Part shown: positions 46,101-58,351 of the stretch, piece after piece
Position numbering within the stretch: the first letter of the stretch is position 1
Layout: each line of letters opens with the position of its first letter
Origin: Microthyrium microscopicum
Lineage: Eukaryota
DNA: 64,000 nucleotides
Direction of reading: 5' to 3'
NCBI GenBank assembly: GCA_010405405.1
Contig: MU004241.1
Span: forward strand, 62,001 to 126,000
Made by a program: the position numbers and the translations under genes
Notes under the pieces: generated by a model
What the model saw: the letters and a program-made list of their open reading frames with translations, nothing else
What the model was told of the DNA's origin: nothing
Databases searched by the model: none

Positions 46101-49100
46101 AGGTAGATGAGCTGATTGAGCATATTGTTGCCAATCGCGAACCTAGTGCTCGCTCAGGATGTGCCATGGCTCTTGGCCATATTTACTCTCAGCTTGGTGG
46201 CATGGCAGCAGGACTACATCTTAAGAAGATCCTTGGCGTTCTCAACTCGCTCAGTAGTGATCCTCACCCAACTGTTCATTTCTGGGCTTTGGAAAGTATC
46301 AGCCGGCTTGCTAATGCCGCGGGGCTGAACTTTGCGCCATACGTAACGAGCACTCTTGGTCTTCTAGCTCAGCTATACTATTCCGACTCTCATAACGAGG
46401 AGGTTGGCTCACTGGCTTGGTCTAACCTAGAAGTTGAGCTACCTTGTCCCGCTGTCATAACCCGATGCGTGGGCAGTCTCATCAATGTGCTCGGTCCAGA
46501 TCTTCAAGACACCGCTAAAACGCGAGATCTTATCCTGATGCTCATTGAAAAGTTTGGCGCCGAAGCCTCCTCAATAGTTCTCATCGAGAGCTTGCGCTGC
46601 CAAGAGCACTTATCGCTATATGCACCCGGCTATATGGACTTTGCCGTATACGTGCGCCAATTGCAACACAACCTTGACAGCCATGTCCCAAGCATACGGA
46701 CATCTTCGCTAGATGGTCTACATAACCTGATGCGCCGCGACACAGAAGAAGTATTGCGCACTGCCGAGCCAGGGCTAGAAGACACGCTCTGGCTTCTCTT
46801 GGACAAAGACCCTGACGACGACACTGTCAAACATATTCTGCGCAACTGGCTGCACCAGTCGGCTATTGAACAGACTTCAGACTGGGTTCAACGTTGTAAC
46901 AAGGTACTCACAAAAGTTACCATGAAGAAAACGACCTCGAACAAGCCTGTGGCCCCCAAGAAGCCTAAATCTACAACTGATATTCAGGACGAGGAGGTTG
47001 CGGGTTTTGCGGCATCACTTGGCACGGCGGCGGATGATGCCGCAGAAGGAAGCTCAACACAAGAATTACTGAAGTGGCAGACGCGTACCTTTGCTATGGA
47101 TCTCATGGGCGAGCTTTTACGTATGGTGGAGCGCGATGCAGCACAGGATGCCACGAGTGAGGCTCTGCAAGCCTTGCAGGGCCGCGTGGCTGATGTGGTG
47201 CGAATGGCCTTCTCTGCCAGTACAACTGGGGTGGTGGCACTGAGGATTCGAGGGCTGAAAATCATTAATCAATTGCTCAAGGTAGGCAGGCCTCTTCTCC
47301 AAAGATTAGTGGCGAATGCTGAACGCTAATCCATTGGATAGATGTTTAGCGAGACACCAGATCCAGAGTATCCTGATGTTACACTCTTACAACAGCATCA
47401 GGCCCAAATTAGCTCGGCTCTCAATCCAGCCTTTGGACCAGATTCGTCGCCCGAGCTAGCAGCCGAGGCGGTCTATGTGTGCGCTACGTTTGTGAGTGCC
47501 GGTATTGTCACGGAGATCAAGCAGATGACGAGGATATTGAGCTTGCTGTCGTCTGCCTTAGATTCATTCTCCAGTAAGTCTTTGGAAATCATCTATATAG
47601 CCTATGCTAACCGTGATAGTCAACTCGGAAAGTGCTTCCATTGGAGAGTTGAAAGGCTTGAGCTCTAATGCGATGGTCATGGTCAAGATGGCGATATTTT
47701 CCGCATGGGCAGAGTTGCAAGTTGCCAGCTCAGAAAGGAAATATCTTGCCGATGCTTTGAAGCCTAAGATTGCCAAGTTGACACCATTGTGGCTTGCTTC
47801 ACTCAGAGAATATGCTCGATTGCGATTCGAGCCTGATATCTCTATGGCCGCAGGCTCTGGTCTCTCAGGCAATCTGGATACCATCTATGCTGCGTTGAAC
47901 CGGGAGACACTACTCCAGTTCTATCAGTCATCTTGGCTCAAACTTGTTGAGGCTATTGCTAGCCTAATTGACGAGGACAGTGAGTTTGTCTTCGACGCTC
48001 TGGATGGCAAAACTGAGCTCACTGAGACGAACGGCGACGCTCCAAAAGCAACCATCATTCCGTACCGTAATGAGCCTGTAGCATTTTTCTTCGTCTTATT
48101 TGGCCTTGCATTTGAGGCTCTTGTCAGCCGATCGAATGACGAAGGAAACAGTCGCAGTCATACACTGGAACTACTCACGGCCCTCAAAAAGATCCTCAGA
48201 CCTTCCGTTTCTGGTAGCGCAATTTATCAAGAGATAATCTTCTCCGAGACTATGGATATGGTTGACAGGCTTGTACTCACCGAGTCCCTGAATGTTCAAT
48301 CTGTCATAGTGCAAATTGCGCGTAATCTGTGCCTTGAGCATCCGTCTGCTCGCAAGGACCCCAATGCTCCAGTCGAGGAAGAAAAGCTTTCAGACGATAT
48401 TGATCAGCTCTTCGAACTTACACGTATTATCGTTCTTGTTGTAGCTGGCCTCATTCCAAATCTCACGGATGACAAATCTCGCGTCCGACACGCACTCAAT
48501 GACGAGGCTGTCGCACTACTAACTCTCGCATTATCTGCCCTTGTTGATGCCTCTTCCGTTTTTCCCACTATCATCGAGACAGACTTACACGCATGTATTC
48601 TACACATTTTCGCTACCATACTCGCTACACCCTCATGCCAGGCAGCCGTAGTGCCCCAAAGTCTCCCCATTTTCAAACGATTCCTTGCCTCCATCACCAC
48701 ATCCGACCATCCTCGCAAAGAAACTGCTGCTCAAGTGCGCACAGCGCTCGCACGATTCCTCACCATTCTGAAACACGCCCAACGCCGGGAATCAGACGCT
48801 GCGGTTCCCTGTGAGAGGAACTGTTTGCTCGCCATAACCATCCTTTTCAGCACCGCGTCTAATATTTTCTCTCCTGCCGACCCATTACTAGCTCACCTTG
48901 CATCTGAGCTCGGCGACTGTTTGACCAGCCGCATCCCAAGCAAAGTCGCAGCATCCTGCACGCGCAGCCTTCTTGTCGCACCCGCCAATCATCCCGCCGA
49001 CGATGTCCTGCGCGCACTCGTGATTCCCCACGCCCTCTCGCTTGTTGGCGCCGCAAGTACAGTGGAAGGTCTCGACGAGGCACGTAGCATCGTCGCTCGT

Positions 49101-49415
49101 GCACTCACTGCACTACTTACCTCACCAAGCGTGCATTCTGAGCCCGTCAAGCTACAAGCTGGCATGGCTTTAGTATTACCGACACTGGCATCATGGGCAC
49201 GAAATGCTGGATCTTCGAGCTATAAAGAGGTAGCTGAGCGAGTGCTTGAGTGTGCTGCAGCTGAACAAACAGTATTCCGAGGCGTGCTTGGTGGTTTGGA
49301 GCCGCAAGAGAAGGGCTTCTTGGAGGAGGTTATTCGGGAGGGTGGCGTGAGGAGAGAAGTGCGAGAAGAGAAAGAGGAGCCGAGTATCGCGCTGAAGATG
49401 GATTTCGGTGCATGA
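43157..49415 (+). CDS. LAA1: Large HEAT-repeat AP-1 accessory protein (Laa1/Sip1/HEATR5); introns 45593..45640, 47282..47341, 47574..47619
   Basis: Four exons join in frame; QLLLLWKNALP, DPHPTVHFWAL, DVVRMAFSAST, LLQQHQAQISSALNPAF, C-terminal PSIALKMDFG. Confidence 0.9.
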
Positions 49416-49975
49416 GGATGTCGTGTATGATGTGATGATATATTGGAATACACGATATGAACTTGCTGAGCGATTTATAGCTTGATAAGACTTGATGTTT
49501 AATAGAGAACCATTTTATAGCGAACTATTCCGCTGCAGTGCTCGGTCAATTATCGTAACCGCGGATTCCCGGTCATAACATTAATCTGGCGATCAAGTGG
49601 TGCTCTGTGGCCTCAATAATGAGATGTAGTTGATATCGCAAACAACAAAATAGGAAATAGGCTAGCTTCTTGGGGATAAGATCAGCACTGCATATTCCCG
49701 TCGTGTTAAAGCTTTCAGTTTCGTGCGTCCCACATGAGGCAGACGTTTCCATCATACTTGTTGTTAAGTTATCTACCTGATCGCAGATGGCATGGCACTC
49801 ATTCAAATGTCCAAAGAGGGCAGGATGAGCTTGGCGAGCCGCACTGTTTGGTAAGATAGATGTGCCATATCTGCTGTGATTTCTATGTTGAGCACATCAT
49901 TTTGAAGCCAATTTTTCGTGCTTTGCTCCTCCAAACTCTATCTAACTCTGGTCCTGGCCTCTGAGTATCTACATC

Positions 49976-52117
49976 ATGGAAGTCAGAATAATTTATAGCC
50001 CTCTCGATGAGGAGAACCAAGAACTGCGCCTCATACGAATCCTTCCATCACAGGATCCTTCCGCTTCTCTGGAATGTTTCCTGGATGTGATATCACTTCG
50101 CGACTTTCCAATCTACTATGCGCTGTCATACGTATGGGGCGATCAATCTCGAACTGTACAAATTCTGGTCAACCATCACCCTGTAAACATTACGGAGAAC
50201 CTGGCTGCAGCATTAACACAATTACGATCGAAGGGATTCGAGGGACCATTATGGGCTGACGCCATCAGCATCAATCAAAACGATGTAAAGGACAAAAGCC
50301 ATCAGCTCCCGATGATGCGTGATATCTTCGCTGGAGCTGTTACAACCATTATCTGGTTGGGTCCCGAAAGCGATGACAGTTCATTGGCCTTCAATCTATT
50401 TCGAAAATTTGGTCTAGCGGTTGCTGAAGCCACAAAAGTCGTTAAAGAAGATATCCTGGCTTTGAAAGATCACCCTGGAGAAGAATACACCAATCCGACC
50501 ATGCTCCCAACAGAGTTCCTTCATGCTGTGGGGAACATTTTCGATGAAAAGGCTGGAGATATCTTTGAGCGAAGACTCTCTCATGGCCTGCAAGATATCG
50601 ATTTCGAGGCTGTGGCATCTTTGTGGACGAGATCATATTGGCGAAGAATCTGGATTATGCAAGAGTATGTCCTATCGAAGAACATCCTGCTTTTGTGTGG
50701 TAGCAAGCAGATCAGCAGCCATGTTTTCGAAGATGCTCTCAAAGCAATTCAAACGCCCTATCTTTACGGCTTGTCTCGGATCCTCCCTGAAGAATCATTC
50801 AACGGCATAGCGAAGTCCAAACCCCCAAGTTCTGTATCGAATCTCATTGCTCTCAGAGCTACTCAGTCCGCTAGTCATTCGGCCGACTTTGGTTCGCTTT
50901 GGGATCTAGTTCTTGCCACTCGAGAGCATAATGCATCAAATCCGCTGGATCATATTTATGGTATTCTTGGTTTCTTGGAAACAACTTTCTACCCGATATC
51001 GATTGACTATAGTCTCTCACCTGGCGCACTATTCACTCAGATCACCGAGCAATTTCTAAAGGACCCTTCAATCGGACTGAAAGTTGTAAGCTTACTGGGG
51101 ACTGGAGTTCAACCAAATGAGAATATCTTATCTAAGCCTTCCTGGGTGCCAGACTACTCTAACCCGGCTTGCCTATTATCTTCCGGTGATGATTTTGTTG
51201 ACTGCTCAGACTGGCCTATCTCGAGCACAATTAGCATTAATGAAACTCACCTCTTCGCCAAAGGAGTAATATGCGACAAGGTCGCGAAAATTCTGAAGTG
51301 GAATGAGGACCCAGTCTCTACCTTTGACGAATGGTTACTGGAAGCCATCAATCTTGGAGCTATCCATCCTACAGGATTACCCTCACTGCAAGTGTTCTTT
51401 CGAACCATGGCTGTCGATAAGTCTGGTAATGGTTATAGCATCAACGAGTTCCGATCTGACATGTATCGCTGGGCCTACTATTCACAAGCAATTGCTTTTA
51501 TGGAGGTGCTTTCGTGGTCAGCCAGGCGAAACTTGGGAGAGAAGTTACCTAAGACCACTGAAATACCTGAGCGAACTGATGGCTGGATATCTCTTCTATC
51601 AAATTATCTGGAATCCGGCCAAGTTGAAAACTTTCTTTCGCTGAGTGAAGTAGAAGTGTCTTGTCAAATTCGTGGATTTGCGCTTTGGTTGGTTACCGGA
51701 CCGCTGCAGCTAAAACAGATCTCCCTTGATTATATACTGGAATCTTTCACCGGACATCAGTCGTCGGCTTCGCATGTCTCTTGGCCTGATAAGGTTGATT
51801 CAGAAAACTACAGCTCCACACAGTTCTGGCAAGATTACATTATACGATCTAGTGTGCGTAAGGATTCTTTCTTCACTACCCCAGAGGGATATTTCGGGCT
51901 TGGTCCTCAGACCATGCAACGGGATGATCTGGTATGCTGTATGCCAGGTTGTCCATATCCCGTTGTGGTGCGACCTATCAAGTCGGAATCACAAAGTGAC
52001 CAAAGTGGACGACGTTTGGAGATCATTGGCGCTTGTTATATATATGGCATGATGAACGGTGAAATGTCCAATCATCCTACATATGGCCAAAGTACCGAGC
52101 AGTTGATATTTAGATGA
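49976..52117 (+). CDS. Heterokaryon-incompatibility HET-domain protein (HET-6-like), intronless
   Basis: LRLIRI, YYALSYVWG, ITENLAAAL, LWADAISINQ, WLG, YWRRIWIMQE, DHIYGILG, PSWVPD, GYFGLGP..VVRP..IGACYIYGMMNGE. Confidence 0.92.
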   Translation: MEVRIIYSPLDEENQELRLIRILPSQDPSASLECFLDVISLRDFPIYYALSYVWGDQSRTVQILVNHHPVNITENLAAALTQLRSKGFEGPLWADAISINQNDVKDKSHQLPMMRDIFAGAVTTIIWLGPESDDSSLAFNLFRKFGLAVAEATKVVKEDILALKDHPGEEYTNPTMLPTEFLHAVGNIFDEKAGDIFERRLSHGLQDIDFEAVASLWTRSYWRRIWIMQEYVLSKNILLLCGSKQISSHVFEDALKAIQTPYLYGLSRILPEESFNGIAKSKPPSSVSNLIALRATQSASHSADFGSLWDLVLATREHNASNPLDHIYGILGFLETTFYPISIDYSLSPGALFTQITEQFLKDPSIGLKVVSLLGTGVQPNENILSKPSWVPDYSNPACLLSSGDDFVDCSDWPISSTISINETHLFAKGVICDKVAKILKWNEDPVSTFDEWLLEAINLGAIHPTGLPSLQVFFRTMAVDKSGNGYSINEFRSDMYRWAYYSQAIAFMEVLSWSARRNLGEKLPKTTEIPERTDGWISLLSNYLESGQVENFLSLSEVEVSCQIRGFALWLVTGPLQLKQISLDYILESFTGHQSSASHVSWPDKVDSENYSSTQFWQDYIIRSSVRKDSFFTTPEGYFGLGPQTMQRDDLVCCMPGCPYPVVVRPIKSESQSDQSGRRLEIIGACYIYGMMNGEMSNHPTYGQSTEQLIFR

Positions 52118-52264
52118 TGCTATAAGCTAGTAATCATCTGAATATTGCATGAGTTACGAAAGTCTCTACGTCTAACAATACTGATCGCGGTCAAGCATCG
52201 CCTGCTAGAATTTGAATAGACACAATATTTGTATTCTTTACTGGTAGTCCATCAATAGCATGGC

Positions 52265-52454
52265 AAAATAAATGGCGTTCTCCCGTCAACTCTGATGGCT
52301 ACCACCAACGCTGTCAAACAACAGATGCCATATTTTCAATTGGAATCGACCAAACATTCAAGTCAGAACGGCCTTTATGGTAAATAAAGCACTCAATTAA
52401 CGGGGCCCAGCGTCTGGGAGCCAGCCAGGCTGACGGGAGCGCGCCATTTATTTT
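52265..52454. repeat. ~190-bp element bounded by imperfect ~48-bp inverted repeats (MITE-like element or RNA hairpin)
   Basis: Left arm 52265..52313 AAAATAAATGGCGttCTCCCGTCA..TGGCT..ACGCTG; reverse complement of right arm 52408..52454 AAAATAAATGGCGcgCTCCCGTCA..TGGCT..ACGCTG. Confidence 0.75.
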
Positions 52455-52476
52455 ATCGGCCAGTTGACCATGTCTT

Positions 52477-54594
52477 CTAGCTAACGATATAATCTTTGAT
52501 TAGTGCCTGGCCAAGTCTCAATTTGGCCTCAATCCCGGATGGACAAGTGGCTTGCAACATCAATAAATAACATGTCGGCTTTGGCATGGGAGGCAACACA
52601 TGAGAAACACCCAATGCATTTGGTGCACCTCGACTGCTATACGTTGATCCGCCGCCCGATTTTGCTGTTGGCACAGTTCCAGTTGCTATATCGAGATTTG
52701 AAGTCGCCCTTCGAAATACTTCGTAGGCTGTCTGTGGCTGATACCATGGGACAGAATGGCCTAGTTTGATCATGAGCGATTACCCAATTCTTGTGATCAG
52801 ATTTTGGAGTGCTATTTTCGGCCACTTACCTGCCTGGAATACGAGAGCAAAGCTCAGCCCGTTATGCTGTCTAACGGAACCTCCGGTATATGAACTATTT
52901 GTTTTCAGCTCCCCATATCCAGCAGATTTAAACTCGGATTTCTCCCGGTGCTTAATTGCAAGGCTAACAGTTTCACCACCAATCCAATTGCAGGTCTACA
53001 AGCGGTTAGCTGTGCTTTGTTGCCAGCATAGTGGACATACTCCATCACGATCCCCGTACATCATATGAACTTTGATACCATTATCAAGAAGATACGCGAG
53101 ATCATCCATAGGTCCTGGTCGATTCATGTCACCTGTCTTGGTGAAAACCTGATTCACGCTTTCGATTACTTCAGTATAGTTCACTGGGACACCCAGGGCC
53201 TTTTGGACGTCTTGCCTGGCCAGATAACCGATCATATAGGGATGGGGGTCTGGATCTGATTTTGATCTCGTCAGCGACTTGCCAGTTGCGCCTCAAGAAT
53301 GCCTACCCTGAGTTGGTGCTGCTATGTCATAGGCACTTCGATCACCAAATCTAGGCCCAGAACAAGACTGAAAGGCTGACATGCAAACACTGTTCACCTG
53401 AGAGTTTGCGCCAGTGTTCTCGGGATCACTGCCCTCCACAGCTTGCTTGCATCGGACTAGTGCAGATTGGCACGATGGCCAACCTTGTTCTGCCTGGCGT
53501 ACTGCAGCTTCGTTTACGATACGCAATCCGAATGTATTGTTGTAGGCATATTTGGTAGCAGAGATTCCTTCCGTGAGTTTGTCAACACAGCCAGCTACTA
53601 TACCTAAAGCATCCAAGTTGATAGGCTTGTAGGCTTTATTCTGCAGCTTGCCCGCTTGTATCTTCTCGTTCTGCCGCTGGAAGAATGCCGCGCTCCGCGG
53701 TCCATAGCGCCCGCCGTAGCTTTCACTCCAAATTGACACTCGGCTATCAGAAGATTTGCTTTCAGGAAAGTCATTCAAAAAGACCTGCATGGCATGCCAT
53801 AGTGCTTTGGCTGCATTAGCTGAAGTGTTTGTAGTTGTTGCGTAGTTGTTGCTCGGGAATGTCCCGACAAGCATTGAAGTCGTTTGCTTAACATTCTTGC
53901 CTCTTTTGAAATTAGGGATTGATAATCTCGACAGTCTATCCGTAAACAAATCAAGAGTTCCGTTGACAAGTCGATCATAGCTCAATCCGGATTGCACCGG
54001 CTGGTCAATATATCTTCCAAACTGTCAGCCAGCTTAAGGTCAAATAAGAATCAGCATCATAGCTTACAGCATGTTCACTTCTCGATTCCAAGACCAAGGA
54101 TTTAATCTTGTGCTTCTGGAGTCGGCATTCACAAAACATGGACCATTTTCTTGGAATATGCCCTTGGTTGAAGATGCTCCAGGCCCTCCTGAGATTTGTC
54201 AGTGTCAATAAGAGGATCTTTGATTAGCACCTCTCACCTGTTAACCAAACTCCTAGAGGAGCACTTCCTGGAGCTTTCCTTGCTCTGAAATACCAAAAGA
54301 AGAGGTTGATATCATAGTTCTGAGATACTCCAGTGTCCTGCAGTGATCCCGCGGGAAGTTTTATATATCCCGAATAGGACTTGACTCCTGGTGTAGTTTC
54401 ACAAAGGCCCGGCTAGAATGGCGGATTAGACTTAATACTAGAATGCTTTTTTCCCTATCATATACCTCTTTGTATTGAATTCGGGCCCCGGTAATTACTG
54501 AAGAATTAAGAACTGTGACGCCATCAGGAGCGGGAGGATATTGGGCAGAGACTGTATTCAGCAGCCACAACACTAATAGGCAGAGAAACGGCAT
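52477..54594 (-). CDS. Secreted serine carboxypeptidase (S10, carboxypeptidase S1-like), multi-exon
   Basis: Signal peptide [41 protein letters not shown] exon, [18 protein letters not shown]. Confidence 0.88.
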
Positions 54595-55503
54595 TTGAAA
54601 TGTGCATCTGCACAATGAGAGACCTCTGCCTTTTGATTGCGTGTTGCTGTGCTCATTTTCATCTGGCATTTCGAAGTTGCCTCCCTAAATGATATAAGAT
54701 GTGGGTCATAGCTTATACTATCAATCAATATACTTGTAGTCAAATGGCTGGAGGTCAATTGCTCTTTATCAACGAGTGCCCTGATTCGTCATTTTAAAAG
54801 ATCACTCATTTAGTCAGACGTTGCCTCATGTCGCTCATAGAAAGATGTATCGATTCTACACGTCGGATAACGCTTTCATTCTACGTACTAGTAACTTGAG
54901 TATATTTTAAACAAAAGAATGACAGATGTCTATGACCTAACAAGCTGAGATCTTCGGACATGTCGTTCATCCGAGGGAGTAACTCTATCCATTGGCAGCC
55001 GAATGCCTGCGTTTTCGAGACTTCTTCTAATAATTTAAAATATCAACCACACTAAAATCTGTAGCTTTCGTCACAGTAATCGATTCGAGCGACCTCAGGA
55101 GATTCAAGATACTAAGTAGTCGCATTTCTCGCCAACCAATTTGCCGAGATCACAGGGCTCCGTTTCTCTTGCCTTATGTTCACATTCTCTATGCGTGATG
55201 TTGTATTTGTTACGCTTGATCCTATCTTCTTCAAGAGTATTCGTTAAACATGTCTGGAGTAATGAGGATCTCAAATAGATGTTAATGTTCATACATAACC
55301 AACCCAAGCAGTATGACTATGGCAGTGCGTCGTACTAGAAGCGGAAGCTTTCTGAGTGTACAATATTTATTCGTACAGAGATCATGAATAGAACAGGTTG
55401 TGTAGATGTGGCTTATCTTGGACAGAGGACATTTTTTGGAATTGCATAAATGTAGCTATATAATGAGTGCAAGCAATTTCGTTCCAACAATCATCACAAA
55501 AAC

Positions 55504-55588
55504 GGTCGTTTGGTCTAGTTGGTTATGACGTCAGCTTAACATCCTTTAAGGTCGCTGAAGGTCCTGAGTTCAATCCTCAGAATGATCA
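55504..55588 (+). tRNA. tRNA-Val(AAC) with an 11-nt intron (55542..55552)
   Basis: Acceptor stem GGTCGTT/AATGATC; D arm GTCTAGTTGGTTATGAC; anticodon stem TCAGC/GCTGA with AAC at 55538-55540; T arm CTGAG-TTCAATC-CTCAG; downstream T-run terminator. Confidence 0.9.
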
Positions 55589-57195
55589 CAATTTCTTTTT
55601 TGGGCGCTGCCCAGTAAGGAGATCCCGCTTTTTGCTCTTATTTACCTTTGAGCAGGAAGGATGTTTTTATAAGGTTTCACAACGCTATTGAAAATGGTGA
55701 GCAGATGTGCAGCTTTGTTTGTAGAGTACGGAGTAACTTTGAGTAGACGCGCTTTGTTCAGGAATTGTGACCAGACAGTAAGGTCTAATTAGTTTTATTT
55801 TTCAAATTTTTGATCCTTCTAGAGGCTCTATTCAAGTAGGGAATGTACTCTAGAGTAGCTTCTTTGTTTTCGTGAGAGTGTCCAATACTACATAGCCACA
55901 TCGCGCTGTACAAAGCTCAGAGAAGAAGCCGCTCCTTTATTGCTAATACTAGTACAACATATAGTATCTTATGGGCAGAACAGCTTTGTTTTTTCAGATC
56001 ATGAAGCTTTCTCTCCACCTATAAATACTACGTACGGAGTAGAACACTGAACATGAGAAAGCTTTGAATTTACTAGAATCGGTACCATTAGAATTAGAGT
56101 CCAAATCGTTGAGATAGCAAGTAGCGGGATCAAGAAAACTATTTTGACAACAGAAAGACATTCTAAATCATTTGTTAATTCAAGGAAACTCTCCATTTCG
56201 CCCCATTCTGTGTTTTTGAATTAAAAATCGTCCCGCGTCCATGAGAGTTGATGTCAGGGCAACAAGTCACGATCATGCTAGCATCCCAACAGGAACATTT
56301 CCGCTAGCCAACATCTCCCAACAGTAATGAGATCTCGACTGGAAATATATCCGGCAGACTATTTTCATAGCCATATGACACTGAGCGGGCATATGAGCAT
56401 CACGGGTAGTTCAAATACATTGCCTAACATCATCCAATTGCTATAAGCCAGTTAAGCAGCCAGCAAGTCCTGAACAGCTCTAGAGGCGCGACCGTGATCT
56501 AATCTGAAACCCTAGAGGCGAAAGGGTAATTGTTATGTTTTAATGGTAGCTAATGGTTGTTTACTTCGTATGTTCATAAGCCACCAAACCCCTTTACTGG
56601 TATTGTTGCAGCAAACGATATACGCAACTATCCAGTTATCTTTGCTATAATGGATATTGAAGTAGGTTACCGCTTTCATGAATGCTTCCACCTACAAATC
56701 AGGCTAGAATCTAGACTTTTTGGACAGCGCTGTAGCAGTGACTCGCAGTCCAACCTCTCAGTAGAGGTCACTAACTACCGCACGGGCTGGATCGACCCTA
56801 AATAGTGAATATCACGCTCTATATAATGGTCCAGCACAGCGCTGTCTGGGATAGCCTTTTTCTACTTACTATTTACTTACCTTACGTCGTACTTTCGTTA
56901 TTATACTTTAGTTCTACGACTTGCGCCCATTTTCAGAATCCTACACTAGCACGCAGAGCATATGAGCAGACCTATCACTTCGATTTATACATCCAAAGCC
57001 TACCATATATCTCAGTACGGAGTAGTCTTGTTGTTCCAAGAAATCGCCTCCCACCGTCTTCCAAGTTGTTGTATAACGACCTTCGTTGCAATCTTTACTG
57101 ATTAGGTATGTGCTATTTCCTCGTGATAGAGAACCTACAAAGCTGATTCAAGCTAGTCAATAATCGATTCTCTCTACTCAGGCTGTACCTATATC

Positions 57196-57915
57196 ATGTC
57201 TTCACCAACCGTTTTAGCTGGTCCTCAAATCTGGCTACACATCGATATGGAACAGTTTTCTAAATTGACAACTTCTGCACGGAAAGATACAGCGCAAACA
57301 CCACCAATAGACCTCTATGTCTACAAAGCAGACGGATCGAAAGTTCTGATCGGACGAAAGTTCCCAATTGCAATTCTGCACCATCTTGCCCCTGGGACGC
57401 GAGAATGGACAATTAAAGCAAAAACACTGCCTAAGGAATACACTTTCAAAGCTGGCACCGTTGATGTGTTCGCCTGCCAGAAGATTCTCAGCTGGCTCCG
57501 AGACCAATTTCCTCCACGAGCGGACCTACATCATGGATCCAAGCAGGTCACGTTGGTATCATACGATGAAACTTTATCGTGGTATGTGACATGTCAGACA
57601 TTAGGTCTTAGGCGGTGTTGTAGTTCCATTGGCCAGCTGCTCAAGTTCTATTCGCAATTTTCGCTAAGCGACCAGCAAATTCGTCGATCGATTGTTTTGC
57701 TAGACTTGCAATCCGAGCTGGCATACACCATTCTGGGAAACTATATCAGCAATTCCCCAATAGTTAAGCAACTGAAGGCTAGGCAAGCGGCAGAGAGAGA
57801 AAAAAGTCTGGTAGCCACGTTGAAAGTCTCGATGGAGGCTTTGAGCCAGGTAAAGCCCAAGTACCGGACCAAAGAAATCGAGGAGCTGGTCGCTCTTGTC
57901 AAGAAGCACTTGTGA
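57196..57915 (+). CDS. Hypothetical protein, possibly a degenerate BTB/POZ-like fold
   Basis: 239-aa ATG ORF; pattern LYV..FPIAIL..VDVFACQKILSWL..LSWYVTCQTLGL. Confidence 0.6.
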   Translation: MSSPTVLAGPQIWLHIDMEQFSKLTTSARKDTAQTPPIDLYVYKADGSKVLIGRKFPIAILHHLAPGTREWTIKAKTLPKEYTFKAGTVDVFACQKILSWLRDQFPPRADLHHGSKQVTLVSYDETLSWYVTCQTLGLRRCCSSIGQLLKFYSQFSLSDQQIRRSIVLLDLQSELAYTILGNYISNSPIVKQLKARQAAEREKSLVATLKVSMEALSQVKPKYRTKEIEELVALVKKHL

Positions 57916-58351
57916 AATTGGAGATCAGTCAAAATACCTAAATGGGACCCCATGAACCCGTCTGGCTCCCATCTGCTACTCTCTGGCATCGACTACGTTA
58001 TTCCCATCGAGTATGTAGAAAAAGCTATGAGGTATCGAACTCGACGGGAACTAGAGCGTATATTCTTTATAGATTGCGGCGGTAGACATCGCAATCGATG
58101 GGAGTGTGCCATTTATCTTGTCAACCCCGTTGCGTGCCTAGGAAAGAACTCATAACACACCGGCATCGTCGCGGTAGTGCTTGCCAGGTCTGATTACACC
58201 CAAACAAAAACCAACCTTCACAGTTTCAATGGATGACTCGCAGTGCTCAACATCACTGAAACATATTTCTAGCCGATGCACCCTAATAAAAATCAACCAG
58301 CAGCATCCACAACAACACATGTTCCACAAGCTCGGTAGTTCATAGCCCGTC

